From Octopus sinensis (taxonomy: Eukaryota): 64,000 nt of DNA. Below are positions 49,539 through 63,869 of the stretch, one piece after another (positions within the stretch are counted from its first letter, which is position 1; each line of letters opens with the position of its first letter). The position numbers were made by a program, and so were the translations under genes. The stretch covers positions 13,888,001 through 13,952,000 of the forward strand of contig NC_043005.1 of NCBI RefSeq assembly GCF_006345805.1. Reading direction: 5' to 3'. The notes beneath the pieces are model-generated. The model was not told the DNA's origin. It searched no databases and worked only from the letters and a program-made list of their open reading frames with translations.

Positions 49539-50129
49539 ATTGAATATAATGCTGTTATTGAGCCCCACCTTAGCTCTGAACAGGCTAACCTATATATCCT
49601 AACCTGACAAGCGTTTTTGTCTTTTTTATTCCGATGATGCCTGTCCAGACATACAGTATGGTACCTGTCTTTTATTTGTAAGAAAATCAATTCTATTTAA
49701 TAGACGTATTTTTCTGTTCTAGTTCCCAAGCATTTTACGCATAAATGGGTACATGGCCCAAACAGAATTTAACATGACAGAAATTAATGTTATGGAGACT
49801 TATTGGTAAAATCGATAAAGTCAGCGATTAAATACTTTGCAGTATTTAGTGTTACGATCTTTTAAATTCTGAGTTCAAAAACCATTGAGGTTGAATTTGT
49901 CTACCAGGGTAAGAAAAAAAAAGTAACAGTCAAGTACTGAATCGGTTGTAAACATACGCACACGCATCGCCGCATGTTCATCATTCTTTCCTACTGTAGG
50001 CACAAGATCCGAAATGTTTTTGGAGGGAGAGGGCCAGTCGATTAGATCGGCTCCAGTACACAACTGGTAGTTAATTTTTAAAGTCACATTATATGTAAAA
50101 TGATATCGCTTTACTAATCCCATCAGTTG

Positions 50130-50580
50130 TTCTGCCCATTTCTATGTTTGGCCCCCGGTGGGCAATAAAGAAATTGGTATTTCGTCTGCTGTTACGTTCT
50201 GAGTTCAAATTCCGCCGAGGTCGACTTAGCCTTTCTTCCTTTCGGGGTCGATAAATTAAGTACCAGTTACGCACTGGGGTCGATGTAATCGACTTAATCC
50301 GTTTGTCTGTCCTTGTTTGTCCCCTCTATGTTTAGCCCCTTGTGGGCAATAAAGAAATTTTAAAAAGCGTTAGCATGCCGGGTGAAATGCTTAGCGGTAT
50401 TTCGTCTGTCTTTACGTTCTGAGTTCAAATTCCGCCGAGGTCGACTTTGCCTTTTATCCTTTCGGGGTCGATTAAATAAGTACCAGTTACGCACTGGGGT
50501 CGATATAATCGTCTTAATCCGTTTATCTGTCTTTGTTTGTCCCCTCTGTGTGTAGCCCCTTGTGGGCAGTAAAGAAATAA
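50130..50580 (+). mobile_element. Tandem SINE family C units
   Basis: The body GTATTTCGTCT...AAAGAAAT is repeated head-to-tail. Confidence 0.85.
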
Positions 50581-51549
50581 GAAACTGTTTGGGAGTCTGG
50601 GGCATGGATTCTTCGTGTAATTCAAAACTTCGACGGACGATGTGTTGCAATGACTTTCTCTGGTGTTTATGTTAAGCGTAAACATGCCAGTAGCATGTTT
50701 GCCTGAACTGGGTGTACGGGATAGTGTTCCTACGATACTGTCGTAGGTGTAATCTGGACTGTTGTAAATGAGTGTTTGCTTTTTAAGTCATTAGGGATCT
50801 AATAATAATGACTTACTGCAACAATAAACTGTACGACGAGCAAAAGAGGGAACCAGCTCATGGTCAATCAGTCAACTGGAAATTGCAAGCAAATTTACCT
50901 CAAGTGCACTATCCTACCACCATAGAAATTGGCACAATGGGTTTGTAGTCCTGGTTAAACTACAAACACGACCTTCGGGGCTTATATACTGCAATCAGAA
51001 ACCTGTTCAACCACTGTTGACAAAAGGCTAAATAACATGTTATATCTAGGTTTCTTTATTATGTCTTTCTTTCTTACCATAGTTCTACAAATTAGCAACA
51101 CACTTGCCTTCTTCAAAACAACTACCGTGGGAACGTTTTAGTACCAGGGGCGAATTGCAGGTACATAAGAAACTGAAGAGTACATCTATACTGACGAAAA
51201 TAACTAATTTTAGAAAAGCATAGATTTATAACATATTAAACTAGCAGCCAGCCTAGATATGCTGTGCCTAAATAAAAGATGACATGGCCACAACCGGGAC
51301 ACCTTTGATAATAGGGCTGTCTACTCTACAATTGACCTGATCTTTATTAATAACGACCACCACGGCAACACCTCTCTGCAAACTTCTACATTATCAAACC
51401 TAGCGATATCTATGCTACGTCTATCCCTATTTCCTGTAGATATCTGCAACGCCTAAATCGTGGCTTTAAGCGTAAAATATTTAATCCTGTTGTTGATTAT
51501 GACACTGTATGTATAAGCATCCCAGTCTGTGTGTGAACGCACTAATGCG

Positions 51550-52260
51550 AATAATGAGTGAGTGAGTGAGTGAGTGGGTGAGTGAGTGAGTGAATGAGTG
51601 AGTGAGAGAATAAATGAGTGAGTGAGTGAGTGAGTGAATGAGTGAGTGAGAGAATAAATGAGTGAGAGAATGAGTGAGTGAGTGAGTGAGTGAATGAGTG
51701 AGTGAGAGAATGAGTGAGTGAAAGAGCGAGTGAGTGAATGAATGTGTGAGTGGGTGAGTGAATGAGTGAGTAAATGAGTGAGTGAGCGAGCAAGTGAGTG
51801 AGTGAGTAAATGAGTGAGTGAGAGAATGAGTGAGTGAGTGAGTGAGTGAGTGAGTGAGTGAGTGAGCGAGCAAGTGAGTGAGTGAGTGAGTGAATGAGTG
51901 TGTGAGAGAATGAGTGAGTGAACGAGCGAGCAAGTGAGTGAGTGAGTGAGTGAGTGAATGAATGTGTGAATGGGTAGTGAGTGAGTGGGTGAGTGAGTGA
52001 GTGAGTGAGTGAATGATTGAGTGAGTGAGTGAGTGAATGATTGAGTGAGTGAGTGAGTGAATGATTGAGTGAGTGAGTGAGTGAGTGAGTGAGTGAATAA
52101 GTGAGTGAGTGAGTGAGTGAGTGAGTGAGTGAGTGAGTGAGTGAGTGAGTGAGTGAGTGAGTGAATGATTGAGTGAGTGAGTGAGTGAGTGAGTGAATGA
52201 GTGAATGAGTGAGTGGGTGACTGAATGAGTGAGCGAGCAAGTGAGTGAGTGAGTTAGTAA
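51550..52260. repeat. (GAGT)n satellite-like tract with interspersed variants
   Basis: ~710 bp of TGAG with GAAT, GAGCGAGCAA and GAGAAT variants; source of the HSLT pseudo-ORFs. Confidence 0.95.
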
Positions 52261-52949
52261 TTATTGTATATTCTAAGTGTATTTTGATGGGAAAGTAGTA
52301 TTATCATTAGATAGAGATTGAGCAGATTATGTACGCCATAATAGGAAAAGAAACTGTGGTATATTCTATAGACTTGATGGAAAAGTGGAACTCAAAGATT
52401 TATGGAATGTGCGAATAAACGAATGTGTCTATTTGGATATAATTCCATCCACCATCTTTATACAACTATAAACAGCACACAGGTCTTCAGCGATACCGTA
52501 CAACATTACATTATATTGATACAAAGCCACATTATAAGATAAGATTAATTATACAAGAGGCACGTTAGCAAAAAAGTAGAAGAGGTCTATATAATAGGGC
52601 AACAACTGTGCGCATGCCCCTACAGAATTGCTTTAAACTTTTTATCCTACCCAAATAAAATTTATTTTACCGTTTTAACCATTTTCATTATTTTTTATGG
52701 CATAGATCACGTTAGTTTCCACCAACTAAACAGTATCCCTATGGAAAAGTTGTTTCCTCGTTTTAATTAGCAGGCTTCGGGTCAAGTGTGCTCCAGTTGT
52801 AACTACGGTGTTTTTAATTTTCTTCGACAACTACCTTATCGATAATGACATCCTTTTTATAATACGATATTTAGCTTCTAATTGAGTGTGGCGTAAAGTC
52901 CCCTGAATTTGTTAGGCAAAAGAGATTATTGTTATAATTAAGTCACAGG

Positions 52950-53380
52950 AAAGGCGGCGAGCTGACAGGAGAATATATTTAGCGGTATTTCGTCTGTCTT
53001 TACGTTCTGAGCTTAAAATACGCCGAGGCCGACTATGCTTTCATCCTTCTTTCGGGGTCGATAAAATAAGTACCAGTCAAGTACTGAAGTCGATGTAATC
53101 GACTTCGCGCTACCCTCAAAATCTTTTGTTACTGTGCCAACATTTGAAACCATTATTAAGTTCGAAGAAGGCGACGACCTGGCAGAATTGTTCCTGCTTT
53201 GGATAAAATGCTCAGCGGCATTTCTTTCGGTTCTTTACGCTCTGAGTTAAAATTTCGGAAAGATCGACTTTGCCTCTCAGTTGTCGAAGATCGATATTAT
53301 AAATAACAATTGAGCACTAGGGATAATGTAATCGACTTGCCCCCTTCTCTCAAAATTGCTGGTCTTATACCAAAATTAGA
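52950..53380 (+). mobile_element. Two adjacent diverged SINE family C copies
   Basis: Heads at ~52950 and ~53167, each followed by the central domain. Confidence 0.7.
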
Positions 53381-56300
53381 AAGAATAATTCATTCCTATG
53401 TCAATCGCGATAAAACATCCTTATGAACATTGGAATTCACGAACACCCGGTATTTTTCGTATTCACACGAAACCGTTAAAGCTGACACTATTCGTGCCAT
53501 CTTTTCCATTCATAAGACAGTGTAAAGTCATTTGAGGAAGAATTTGGTTCCAATTTCAAGAAAAATTGAGCGACTTCGTTAAAGGAGATTATTAATCTTC
53601 CCTGAATGATTTTTTGTTGTTGTTATTCTGCAGTCCAGGTTCGAGTCATTGCAGTAACTTAAAGCAACGATTAATTTCATTTCAATACACTTAGACCACA
53701 AGTTATTAATAGAAGTTATTATTATCCCAACTACCATTTCTCCTCATCTTTTAAAATCAAAAACAAACAAAAATAAATGCAATTTAATCATTGCTAGAAA
53801 GTTTGTGAGAGTAAAGGAGTGAGCAAGCGCACACATGCAACCTACATATGTCTATAAAGAGATCTAACTACATAAGATAAACACAAGTTACACCTTCAAC
53901 CAACAGATAAGGCCTCAAGCCATCTGGGAGTAGCGAGTCTTTAAATTATGATACAAGAAAAAACCAAAACAAGTTGATGTACAAGTTCATGAATATCAAT
54001 ATTTGATTATGGCTATCAATAACTATATTCCCGATGAGCTGTACTGCACCTGAGCACTGTATACAACACGCTCATTATTATTATTATTATTATCATTGTT
54101 ATTGATAGCTTTTATTATCATCTTTAGTATTATTGTTGTTGTTGCTGCTGTTATTGATAGTTTCGGTTATTGTGGACTTCCATATCACCATTAGTGCATC
54201 ATTCATCGATAATCATATTATTTATTTCTATTGAATGGCTAAGCTACATGTTGGCCCCAAGTTGATGCAACATGTTAAACCGGTAGAGATGCTTACACGC
54301 GCATGCATACACCGGGTAATTCATACATACCTACATGCATACATACATACATACATACATACGCTTACTCACATACATATGCATACTCATACATGTGACT
54401 ACATGTATGCGTACATATATATACTTTTACACAGATATTTACATATAGACATACACATACACATACATATATACACACGCACATATATATTTGTAATCTA
54501 CCCACCTACCTACATAAATATATACATACATACATACATACATAATGTATGTATATATACATACATATATACATATTTTGTAATCATGCAAAGATATTTT
54601 GTAATCTTACAATGAGTAGTAGTTACAAGGTGAGTCATGGACCGAGAGTAACGTACGGACACGACCCTCACGGCCCTCGAGTCACCTTGAGTACTTTGAG
54701 CAGAATGTAGTGAGTGATGATGCGCATTGGATTAGTTAGTTCTAATTAATATTGCTACCGTCATCATTATCATTATTATCATCATTCGATAGGAAAGAAT
54801 AAACCATTAATTTGAGAAGAGCTATAAATCTTAAATCTTATGTAATGAGTGCTTATGGGAAGAATATTAAACCATTAAAATTATAAAATGCTTATGCTTG
54901 GGCGTGAGCATATTTCTGTCTGCAAAAATTTCTTTTCGATTTCATAGGGTTTGTACGTCTATTATCACCTCTGCACCTGTAGAAGAATTCACTTGAAGGC
55001 ATAAAATGGTTTAAGTCTATGCCTAATAAGGATATCATTATATTTTTCGAGCCCAACATCGAAAACTACTAAACCACTATCGCGAAACCGCTAATCACCA
55101 AAGCATTTAATTACTCAGAACAATTACAACTATTTCCGTTGTAGACATACATATCCTATTTACTAAAAACATTGGCCTGCTATGACGAATCTATCTGGAT
55201 ACATAAAAGTTCTATCACCCACTTCTATCACAGTGTGGGGATATATAATTCAGTGCATTCAGTGACCTCATTGGCCAATACGTGCTCCGCCACCTTGGAA
55301 TTTATTTCAAATGCGTCGGTAGAGAATTATATCAATATGACGGTTGTTGATTCTGAACAACAAAGATTCAGAAATAATACAATTGTTGTTAAATTATCTT
55401 GAATTACTCATCGCCTAGGACACCAGGCTTATTCATGCTAATATTCTGGGCAACCATCCACCTAGAACTCTATTCTTTATTCTACCCAACGAATCCTTAA
55501 GACAAACGAATCCTTACAGTACATTCGTTTGCACTCAAACTTAGTTTGAAGCATGACATAGCCTTGAGTTCTCACAGCCATCTGCTAACGAAAAACTTCA
55601 GAAAATGTTTCAGTTCTATCTAGAAGTGGCTTTCAGATCAAGTTAACATACACATACTTCACCTAGAACTCCACAGGACAATACATTTAGATATATGAAG
55701 TGGTATGATGCTTTCTACAAGTCAAGTAGTTGCAAGCCCAGAGTTTACGTACAAACACATTTCCCTCACAACACGAAAACTACCCATTAAAAAAAAAACA
55801 AAAAAACACGGTTCAACTGTCCCAAACTTTGCTTAAAACATTGCAAAAAATCCAACATATGTAATCTGAAAAAGATCTAGGACACTAGTTTAGTGTACAA
55901 TGTAATGGTACAAAACTTGACTCATGCCCTGTTGACTCACATTGGTTAACTAAGGGCATTGTCTACCAATGGTTCATGTAGAAAAACTATATCTTGACTA
56001 TTTATATGATATGACCGCGAACCCTTTCAAAAGAAGATACTATTCACATAACCACACTTGCTTATACATCACATTGTTTGTAGAATTTAAAGTTGTTTAT
56101 GGGCTACTTTATCATTCTTTTATTAAACATTCAAATAAATGCAGTTTGGGAATTAATTAATCTCAACGGTTACGGCTTGAGCAGGCCACAAATGCTGTAC
56201 ACACACACACACACACACACACATACAAACACGCGCGCATACGCGCACACACACAAGCACCTACGCACACGCAATATGCTCAAGCATAAATATAAAAACC

Positions 56301-57451
56301 AACCGTTGCTTTATAGTTCCGAATTTTCTTCCTTCTTTGACTTCACGGTTTGACACGTTGGCTAAAAGTGTTTTGCTTTTCTTGTCACTTAAACTTAAAG
56401 TTCACCCAAATGTCATGATATGTGTAACTGGGTGTACGGAAATCTGTCAGGTTAAATATTCAGGTTCTTGGGTGATAGCTGCCACCCGCTTTAATGTCAC
56501 ACTACCACCAAGATGTTTTAGCAGGGTTCACACAGTTACAAGTATTATTACCAGACAACCGTCCCTCCTCCACCCATGTTTTGTTTGTCTTTTTTTTCTG
56601 TAGACTTATAGGGACCTTGAAATGTTTAAACTGGACATCGGGTTTGTAAAGAGGTTGGATATTTTCCCAGTTTCTAACTAACCTACTCAAACATGCACAC
56701 TATCGTCACCGCCGCCATCACCACCACTACTATCATCACCATCATCTTCCCTACCATTTCTACCAACAACATCATCACTACCACCAATAATACACCAACA
56801 CCATCAGACCATCACTATCATCACTATCACTACCACCATCGCCGTCATATAGAACGACATTCACCATTATTATCACAAGAACTTCCATCATCGCCTCTCA
56901 CCAGCGTTACAACTATCATATGTTGTCAGGGGGGTTGCAAATATTAGGACATGATTTCCGGGCTAAGGATAATTCTATCTCTTTATACTCGGCTTATTCA
57001 AATACAGCATGTCAACCTTCTTCTACGAGCCAACGAGAGTGCTGCTACGCTCGACCAGCTAGATGTCGTAGAGAAATCTCCTTCATAACAGAAATAAAGG
57101 ATACACTGGAAGCAATAGCCCCTGGTACCCATATTACTAGATTGGTAGTAATCATAGGCGTGCTTTATAAAAATTGGCCAAGGTCTAAACAACACCGCTA
57201 ATCCTATGAGTGAATAACAAAATAACATTGTGTGCAAACAAGTGGAGAAAAATAAACTCGGAATAGTCGGAACTTGAGGCTTGAAATGTTTTCCAAAATA
57301 TAGTAGTCACTTTGTTTGCAAAGCCTATCACATCTACACACACCTGCACGCGCGTGCGCATGCGCACACATCACTGCACACACACACGCACACACGCACG
57401 CACACATACTTGTATGCGTGTAAACACTCAAACATATACATATACATATAT

Positions 57452-57512
<61 letters not shown>

Positions 57513-57642
57513 GTACAGGAAAATATGTGTGTATCTATACATATGGATCAAAACAGCTTGATTCCACTCACTCGTATATATGTATATACATACATGCATG
57601 CATGCATGCATGCATGCATGCATACATACATACGTACATACA

Positions 57643-57673
<31 letters not shown>

Positions 57674-57789
57674 CTGAAATTCTAATCAAAGTCGTAAGTA
57701 TGTGACTTTGAATGCCTCCATAAAATATAAAAGCATTCTACTACAAAGTTTGTGTGTTCATTCTACAAGCTATGCATATAAATATATAT

Positions 57790-57835
<46 letters not shown>

Positions 57836-57895
57836 CATGCATTTACATATATCCATATGTATGTATGTATATATATATATACACACACACACATA

Positions 57896-58768
57896 CAGAG
57901 TGAGATGGACAATTACCACCATTTTATATTTTTAATTTCACGCATGCGCATTGTTTGCTTTTGATTTTGTCGACTACTCAGTATAGTAGGCTCAGTTGGG
58001 CACCGTCTGAGAGAAAAACAGCACAATGACATGATTCACTCTGCCAGAAATTTGGAAACGACATGCCGTACCACTCGGTATTCGTGCTGGAGGCTCGAAT
58101 ACGAATATTTCAGAGGGATTGGGTGTCAATTTGAGGACATACACTGAGAGTGATAAAAATCAAACATGCAGTCAACCTCATGGTGTTTGGAGTGATCACT
58201 AGTGATGACGACGTTATGCCTCCATTCATCTCCCCACACGGCCTCAGACTTAACACGGAGGCCTACACCAAGTACCTGGATGAGGTAGTGCTGCCCTGGG
58301 TGAAGAGGGTGGCAGCTGGAAGACTCTATATTTGGCAACAGGACTCTGCACCATGCCACACAAGCAGGAGAACCCAGTCATGGCTTTCCGACAATTTCTG
58401 CGACCACACCACCCCTAACATCTGGCCACCTAACTCCCCACACTGCAACTCCTTTGATTATTATGTGTGGGGTGCTCTTGTGCGAGAGACCAAAAATAAA
58501 ATCCTTGTAACACCAAAGATGAAGTGAAGGCAAGGATTATGGTAGCATTCACCAGCTTAAACAAGGAAACCGTCTAAAAGAGTGACAGGAGATTCCGAAG
58601 TCATCTGGAGCCCGTGGTTGAAGCCAATGGCTATTTTTTTAATAAATTTACCCTTTAGTATTTCAAGATAATTTTATGTAATTTTGGTAAATCTAGCCGT
58701 TAAAATGAGATGCCAGTGTTATTTTCATTGTTGTGTAATTTAGACGACAGTTTATTCACTCCACCCTG
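57896..58768 (+). mobile_element. Internally deleted DD37D (maT-type) Tc1/mariner transposon
   Basis: ORF 58150-58527 reads MVFGVITSD...WQQDSAPCH...WPPNSPHCNSFDYYVWG, with 37 residues between the second and third D. CAG..CTG ends with TA flanks. Confidence 0.85.
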
Positions 58769-59689
58769 TATGTATGTATATATGTGTATGTGTGTCTATA
58801 TATATTTATAAATGTATATGCAGATATACACATACATATATGCATGTAAAACACAGGCACACACAGACACACATATTCACACACCTACACACGGACACAC
58901 ACACATATCCACACACGCGCGCGCGCGCGCGCGATAATGTCAGTGATAACAAACTGTGTTTTGTGCTGAAAAGTTAATACGAACATTTAATTAAGCAAAA
59001 ATACAAGGTTAAATAAATAATTAGAGGAAATTGTGATAGTGCGTCTGGTTCACGTAACTATAATACAATGACTGCTACCACCACTCCTTTTACCATTTCA
59101 ACGTAGCCACTTGATCTGTTAAAAACAGTAGTTGTATCTTCCTCAAATCACACACAACAAACTTGGGAAACATTGGATAATGTTGTCCAAGTCAAATCCT
59201 TCATGTGACAGAGTGATCACTTTTGGGGAATTATTGATTTCATCTTCTCACTCAGCAGGATCAAAGAATAACAGCATCTATTTGAGCCAACGATTTTACT
59301 TCTCTGCAGCTATCAGACATGCACGCAACAGCAGTGAATTTTCTCTAAAATTACACCCTACAATCTTTGAAAATAAATTGACAAGACAATTTAGACAGAC
59401 AAAAAGACGAGATGGTTATGGTTGGAATGCCTCTGTCTATAGATCAGGTCGATTTGACGTAGAATTAATATCATACACCATCATGTAATAAAAAGGGAGG
59501 AACACATTAGAATAACGTGTCAAGTTTTTCATCGTATTTCTGCCTGATCAAATCTGAGCTAGGATTAACAATAAAATACCGACCACAGGAACAAGAACAG
59601 CCCTCTTCGCATTTTCATCTCCCTTAAGAAAAATAACAATTTCGACACTCAGTGGAAGCTATATTTTTTTTCTCCTAAACCTTTTTCAT

Positions 59690-60110
59690 ACCTATTTCTT
59701 TACTACCCACAAAGGGGCTAAACACAGAGAGGACAAACAAGGACAGACAAACAGATTAAGTCGATTATATCGACCCCAGTGCGTAACTCGTACTTATTTA
59801 ATTGACCCCGAAAGGATGAAAGGCAAAATCGACCTCGGCGAAATTTGAACTCAGAACGTAGCAGCAGACAAAATACCTATTTCTTTATTACCCACAAGGG
59901 GCTAAACATAGAAGGGACAAACAAGGACAGACATAGGTATTAAGTCGATTACATCGACCCCAGTGCGTAACTGGTACTTAATTTATCGACCCCGAAAGGA
60001 TTAAAAGGCAAAGTCGACCTCGGCGAAATTTGAACTCAGAACGTAGCGGCAGACGAAATACCTCTAAGCATTCCGCCCGGCACGTTAACGTTTCTGCCAG
60101 CTCGACGCCT
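59690..60110 (-). mobile_element. SINE family C with duplicated body
   Basis: One head at ~60110 followed by two ~190-bp bodies. Confidence 0.85.
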
Positions 60111-60724
60111 TTTCCATACCGACCCACCTGAGACTGCCATGATTTTATGACACAAATTTCCTGCTTTGAAGCGATCTAAATTAAAGCCTACCATCAAAAT
60201 TTTGCGTTAATTTGTTCCAAACATCAGAATAAAAATGGAAAAAGTTATTTTACTAAATTCGTTATTACTTTCAAAAATAAACTGAAACAGAGACGGTGCA
60301 TTTTAACAGAAATAGGGCAACGAGAGAGTTTACTTCTTAAGTAAAAAATTTTTTTAATAATTTGATGTTGTTCATGATCGCATTTATCTCACTTTATGCC
60401 ATGAAAAGAGAATGGATTATCAAGCACAAATTTCAAATTAAAGTCCAGTGCAGAGCAGTTGCTTCGTGAATTGAAATAATTGAGAGGAATTATGCCCTTA
60501 GATAGGCAATGACAATATTGGTTGGGAGAGAAATGCAAGATGGCGGCGTATACCTATTATTCAATTTCCAGGTATTTTATATGTTCCATGTCTATAAATG
60601 GAGCATTATGAGCTATCGTTAGTCAAGTTTCTATGAATATAAATTTATTTGTTTATTTAGGATTGTTCGTGTATATTGTATCCAGTTATGATACAACACA
60701 CGCTATAGATTAATTTATAGCATA

Positions 60725-62425
60725 ATTCTTTTCTACTCTAGGCACAAGGCCCGAAATTTTTGGGGAGGGAGCCAGTCGTGCTAACGTTTCTACCAGCGCA
60801 CTGCCTTATTTATAGCATACTTCGCATAAATAAATGACACGGGTTTTTTTTATTCTTTTCTTTTCTACTGTAGGCGCAAGGCCCTAATTTTGCGGGGAGG
60901 GGGCCAGTCGATTAGATCGACCCAAGTACTCAGTACTTCGTCTGTCTTTACGCTCTGAGTTCAAATTCCGCCGAGACCGACTTTATCCTTCATCCTTTCG
61001 GGGTCAATAAATTAAGTACCAGTTACGTACTGTGGTCGATCTAAAAATTGGGGCCTTGTGCCTAGAGTAGAAAAGAATAATCCATCATTGTTGAGATAGT
61101 GTAGGCAGGACTGGACTAGGGTTGATCCGTACCAGTTCGTGTACACCTGTTACTAAGTTTATTTTATAATGAGAGCAGGTAACTATCATGGTAGGTATCT
61201 TTGCCGTAAACATTTTCGCTGCTCGGAAATTTACCGTACCTGTTTGCACCTGAAACACTTTACCGTAATAATATTCGTTGCGGGCGAAATGCTTAGCGAT
61301 ATTTCGTCTGTCGTTACGTTATGAGTTCAAATTCCGCCGAGGTCGACTTTGTTTTTCATCCTTCCGAGGTCGATGAATTAAGTACCAGTTACATACTATA
61401 ATCGACTTAATCCGTTTGTCTGTCCTTGTTTGTCTCCTCTGTGTTTAGCCCCTTGTGGGTAGTAAAGAAATAGGTATTTCGTCTGTCTATCTATCTATAC
61501 ATACGTATACATACAGTAAGCCAATCAGAGCTCGTAGCCTAGCAGCTAAGATTTTTGCCCTAGAGAGGTCGTTGTTTCGATTCCCTCACCAGGTGGTACG
61601 TTGCATTCATGAGCAAAGCAGTTTATCTCAGGTTGCTCTACGATCACTTCGACATCCGACGCGTGGTACACCGTGCACCTGTGCAGGCAACGTCGATTTG
61701 GTGGAGAGAATGAGCTAATGTGTAGCAGAAAACATCTAATCACTATAGATAAATCATATGTGTAGACCGTTCAGAAAAAAATTGTAAGACCTTTATCTGT
61801 CGTCTGCAAAAGGAGTGTCCGCGACGATGGCAACGCATTTACTGATAACAATTTTTACTGTCTGTTAGCTCTGCTGCAACATTTCAAACATAATTTTAAC
61901 TTGTTTCAACTAAACTTCTACCTCATAAATTTTTACTTGTTAAAAACAAAGTACCTTGTTAGAAAGAAAACGATACCAGTAATACTGCGGGTTAACCAAC
62001 AATTTACTACGATTAGATCACATTCTATATAGCTAGATCACATTCTACATACTTTATTGTTTTTTCGCCTCATATTTGATAAATAAATTGTTTAATAGTT
62101 ACTCAAAGGGATTCGAATGTTGGTGGAGTGATGGGGAATATGGATCTGACGATGATCGAACATTTGAAAAACAAGTTTATTATCTTTAGGAAGAAAAGGC
62201 AGCAAGCTGACAGAAGCGTTAGCACACGGGACAAAATATTTAGCGGCATTTCGTCTGTCTCTCGTCAGTCTGAGTTCAAATTCCGCCGAAGTCAATTTTA
62301 CCTGTCATTCTTTCGGGGTCGATGAAACTAGTACCAGTTAAGTATACCAGTTAAGTACCGGGATCGATATTATTGACTAGCCCTTTCCTCCAAAATTTCA
62401 GCCCTTGTGCCTATAGTAGAAAGAA
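60725..62425 (+). mobile_element. Cluster of SINE C copies (60860-61060, 61280-61490, 62195-62425) and one SINE A variant (61525-61830)
   Basis: Family motifs recur in each segment. Confidence 0.7.
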
Positions 62426-62444
62426 ATCCGCGCATTCACACTCC

Positions 62445-62520
<76 letters not shown>

Positions 62521-63388
62521 TGTGTATGTGTACTGACTTAACATCAGTATCTGAATAGGAATTACTTAATCGACCCCAGAACGCTGAAAGGCCTGATCGG
62601 CTCCTGTTGGAATCAGAAATTAGAACAAATACGCTTCGTGCACGTTTGTATATAGGGAGACAAGTGCTGAAGTAATTCGTTTGACAATCATGAGACCCTA
62701 GATTCGATCCCACAACTTAGCATCTTAGGCAAATAGACTGTGGTCGATCAAAGCCTTATAAAGAAATTGGGCAGACGGAAACTCTGTAGAAGCCCGTCAG
62801 ATCGATAGTATCTTCATTTAAAGGCATAGCCTTGCCACATAGTCTATTACGGTGGATCTACTTGAGAACTATGCTAAGGAGACCAGGGTTTGTGACAATT
62901 TCAGCCACTTACACAGCAATGCACTGTGCGCTCCGTTGTAGCTTACTTGATAGAACAACTGAATACCATTGTTGAAACCGACGAAGATCCATTATGTAAT
63001 ATAGCGTATTTATTTGTATGTAAGTCGCATCCCTAATTTAGCATCAAATTTTGATACAATTTTTTCTCTCATATTGAAACTTTCTCTGCAAATGAGTCTC
63101 ACCCCGGTATTTTCAATTAAAATTAAGTATAAAAGAGTGCGAATTATACATGAGCAGATACGGTATATGTCCTGTGTATGTAATGTAATGCGTGTGTGTG
63201 TGTGTGTGTGTGCATGCGCATGAATGTGTGTGTGTGCGCGTGTGTGTGTGTAATTTACAAATGACATCTGAGGTTTATGATAATACTGAGAACTATTTTT
63301 TAAAAAAATTATATGTATTGAAAATTGAAACAGAAACCATGCAAAAAAAAAATTACTTTATACATAACAGCATGAATATAACACTTAC

Positions 63389-63598
63389 GGCAATTCCTTT
63401 TTGCTCCCTAATGGCTGTCCTAGTCATTCCACCTTCAATGCAAGGAAAGCAAGTGTAAAAAAGACCATAAAGAACGCAAGATTTTCCAGTAGCTTCAGCA
63501 TTTTTTCCTGCTGTGTAACATGGAACAAAATATGTAACGATGCATATTCCCAAGTTGTCGAAACAACCGAAAAGACCGTGGCTAAACTCAGCACTCAT
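63389..63598 (-). CDS. PLAC8/cornifelin-family Cys-rich protein, first coding exon
   Basis: Reads MSAEFSHGLFGCFDNLGICIVTYFVPCYTAGKNAEATGKSCVLYG...RTAIREQKGIA; donor GTAAGT at 63388-63383, phase 0. Confidence 0.85.
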
Positions 63599-63862
63599 GA
63601 TGTCTGCTGTGTATTTTTATTTTATTCCTTCTTATTTAAGAGTTTCTGTGTTTCTGGGATAGAAAATATTCTATCTATATATATCTATATATCTATATCT
63701 ATATATTTATGTATATGATTGTATATAGATACAGATACGTATACGTTTTTGTGTAGGTGTGTGTTTATGATTATGTGAGAGTTTTATACGTGAATGCGTT
63801 TATCACGCGTATTGATCCTTCAAGGAAGGCGGCCTGAGTGGAGGTTTTCACAAGTTGGTCTC

Positions 63863-63869
63863 TTATATA
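63863..63869 (-). promoter_or_regulatory. Possible TATA box for the PLAC8-like gene
   Basis: TATATAA on the - strand ~265 bp upstream of the ATG in non-repetitive DNA; motif match only. Confidence 0.25.

Noticed and set aside
51185-51225. CTGACGA...GAAA
   Set aside because: Only weak AT stems and no stem I or III; chance match. CTGANGA hits inside the R4, Helitron and transposase sequences were rejected for the same reason.
51481-52240. Long HSLT-repeat ORFs, and the many YI/CV/HT-repeat ORFs elsewhere
   Set aside because: Translations of microsatellites, not genes.
53410-53610. Possible mariner transposase C-terminal remnant
   Set aside because: Resemblance is too degraded to support by eye.
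59132-59488. 118-aa + strand ORF
   Set aside because: TTG start, no recognisable domain and no splice support.
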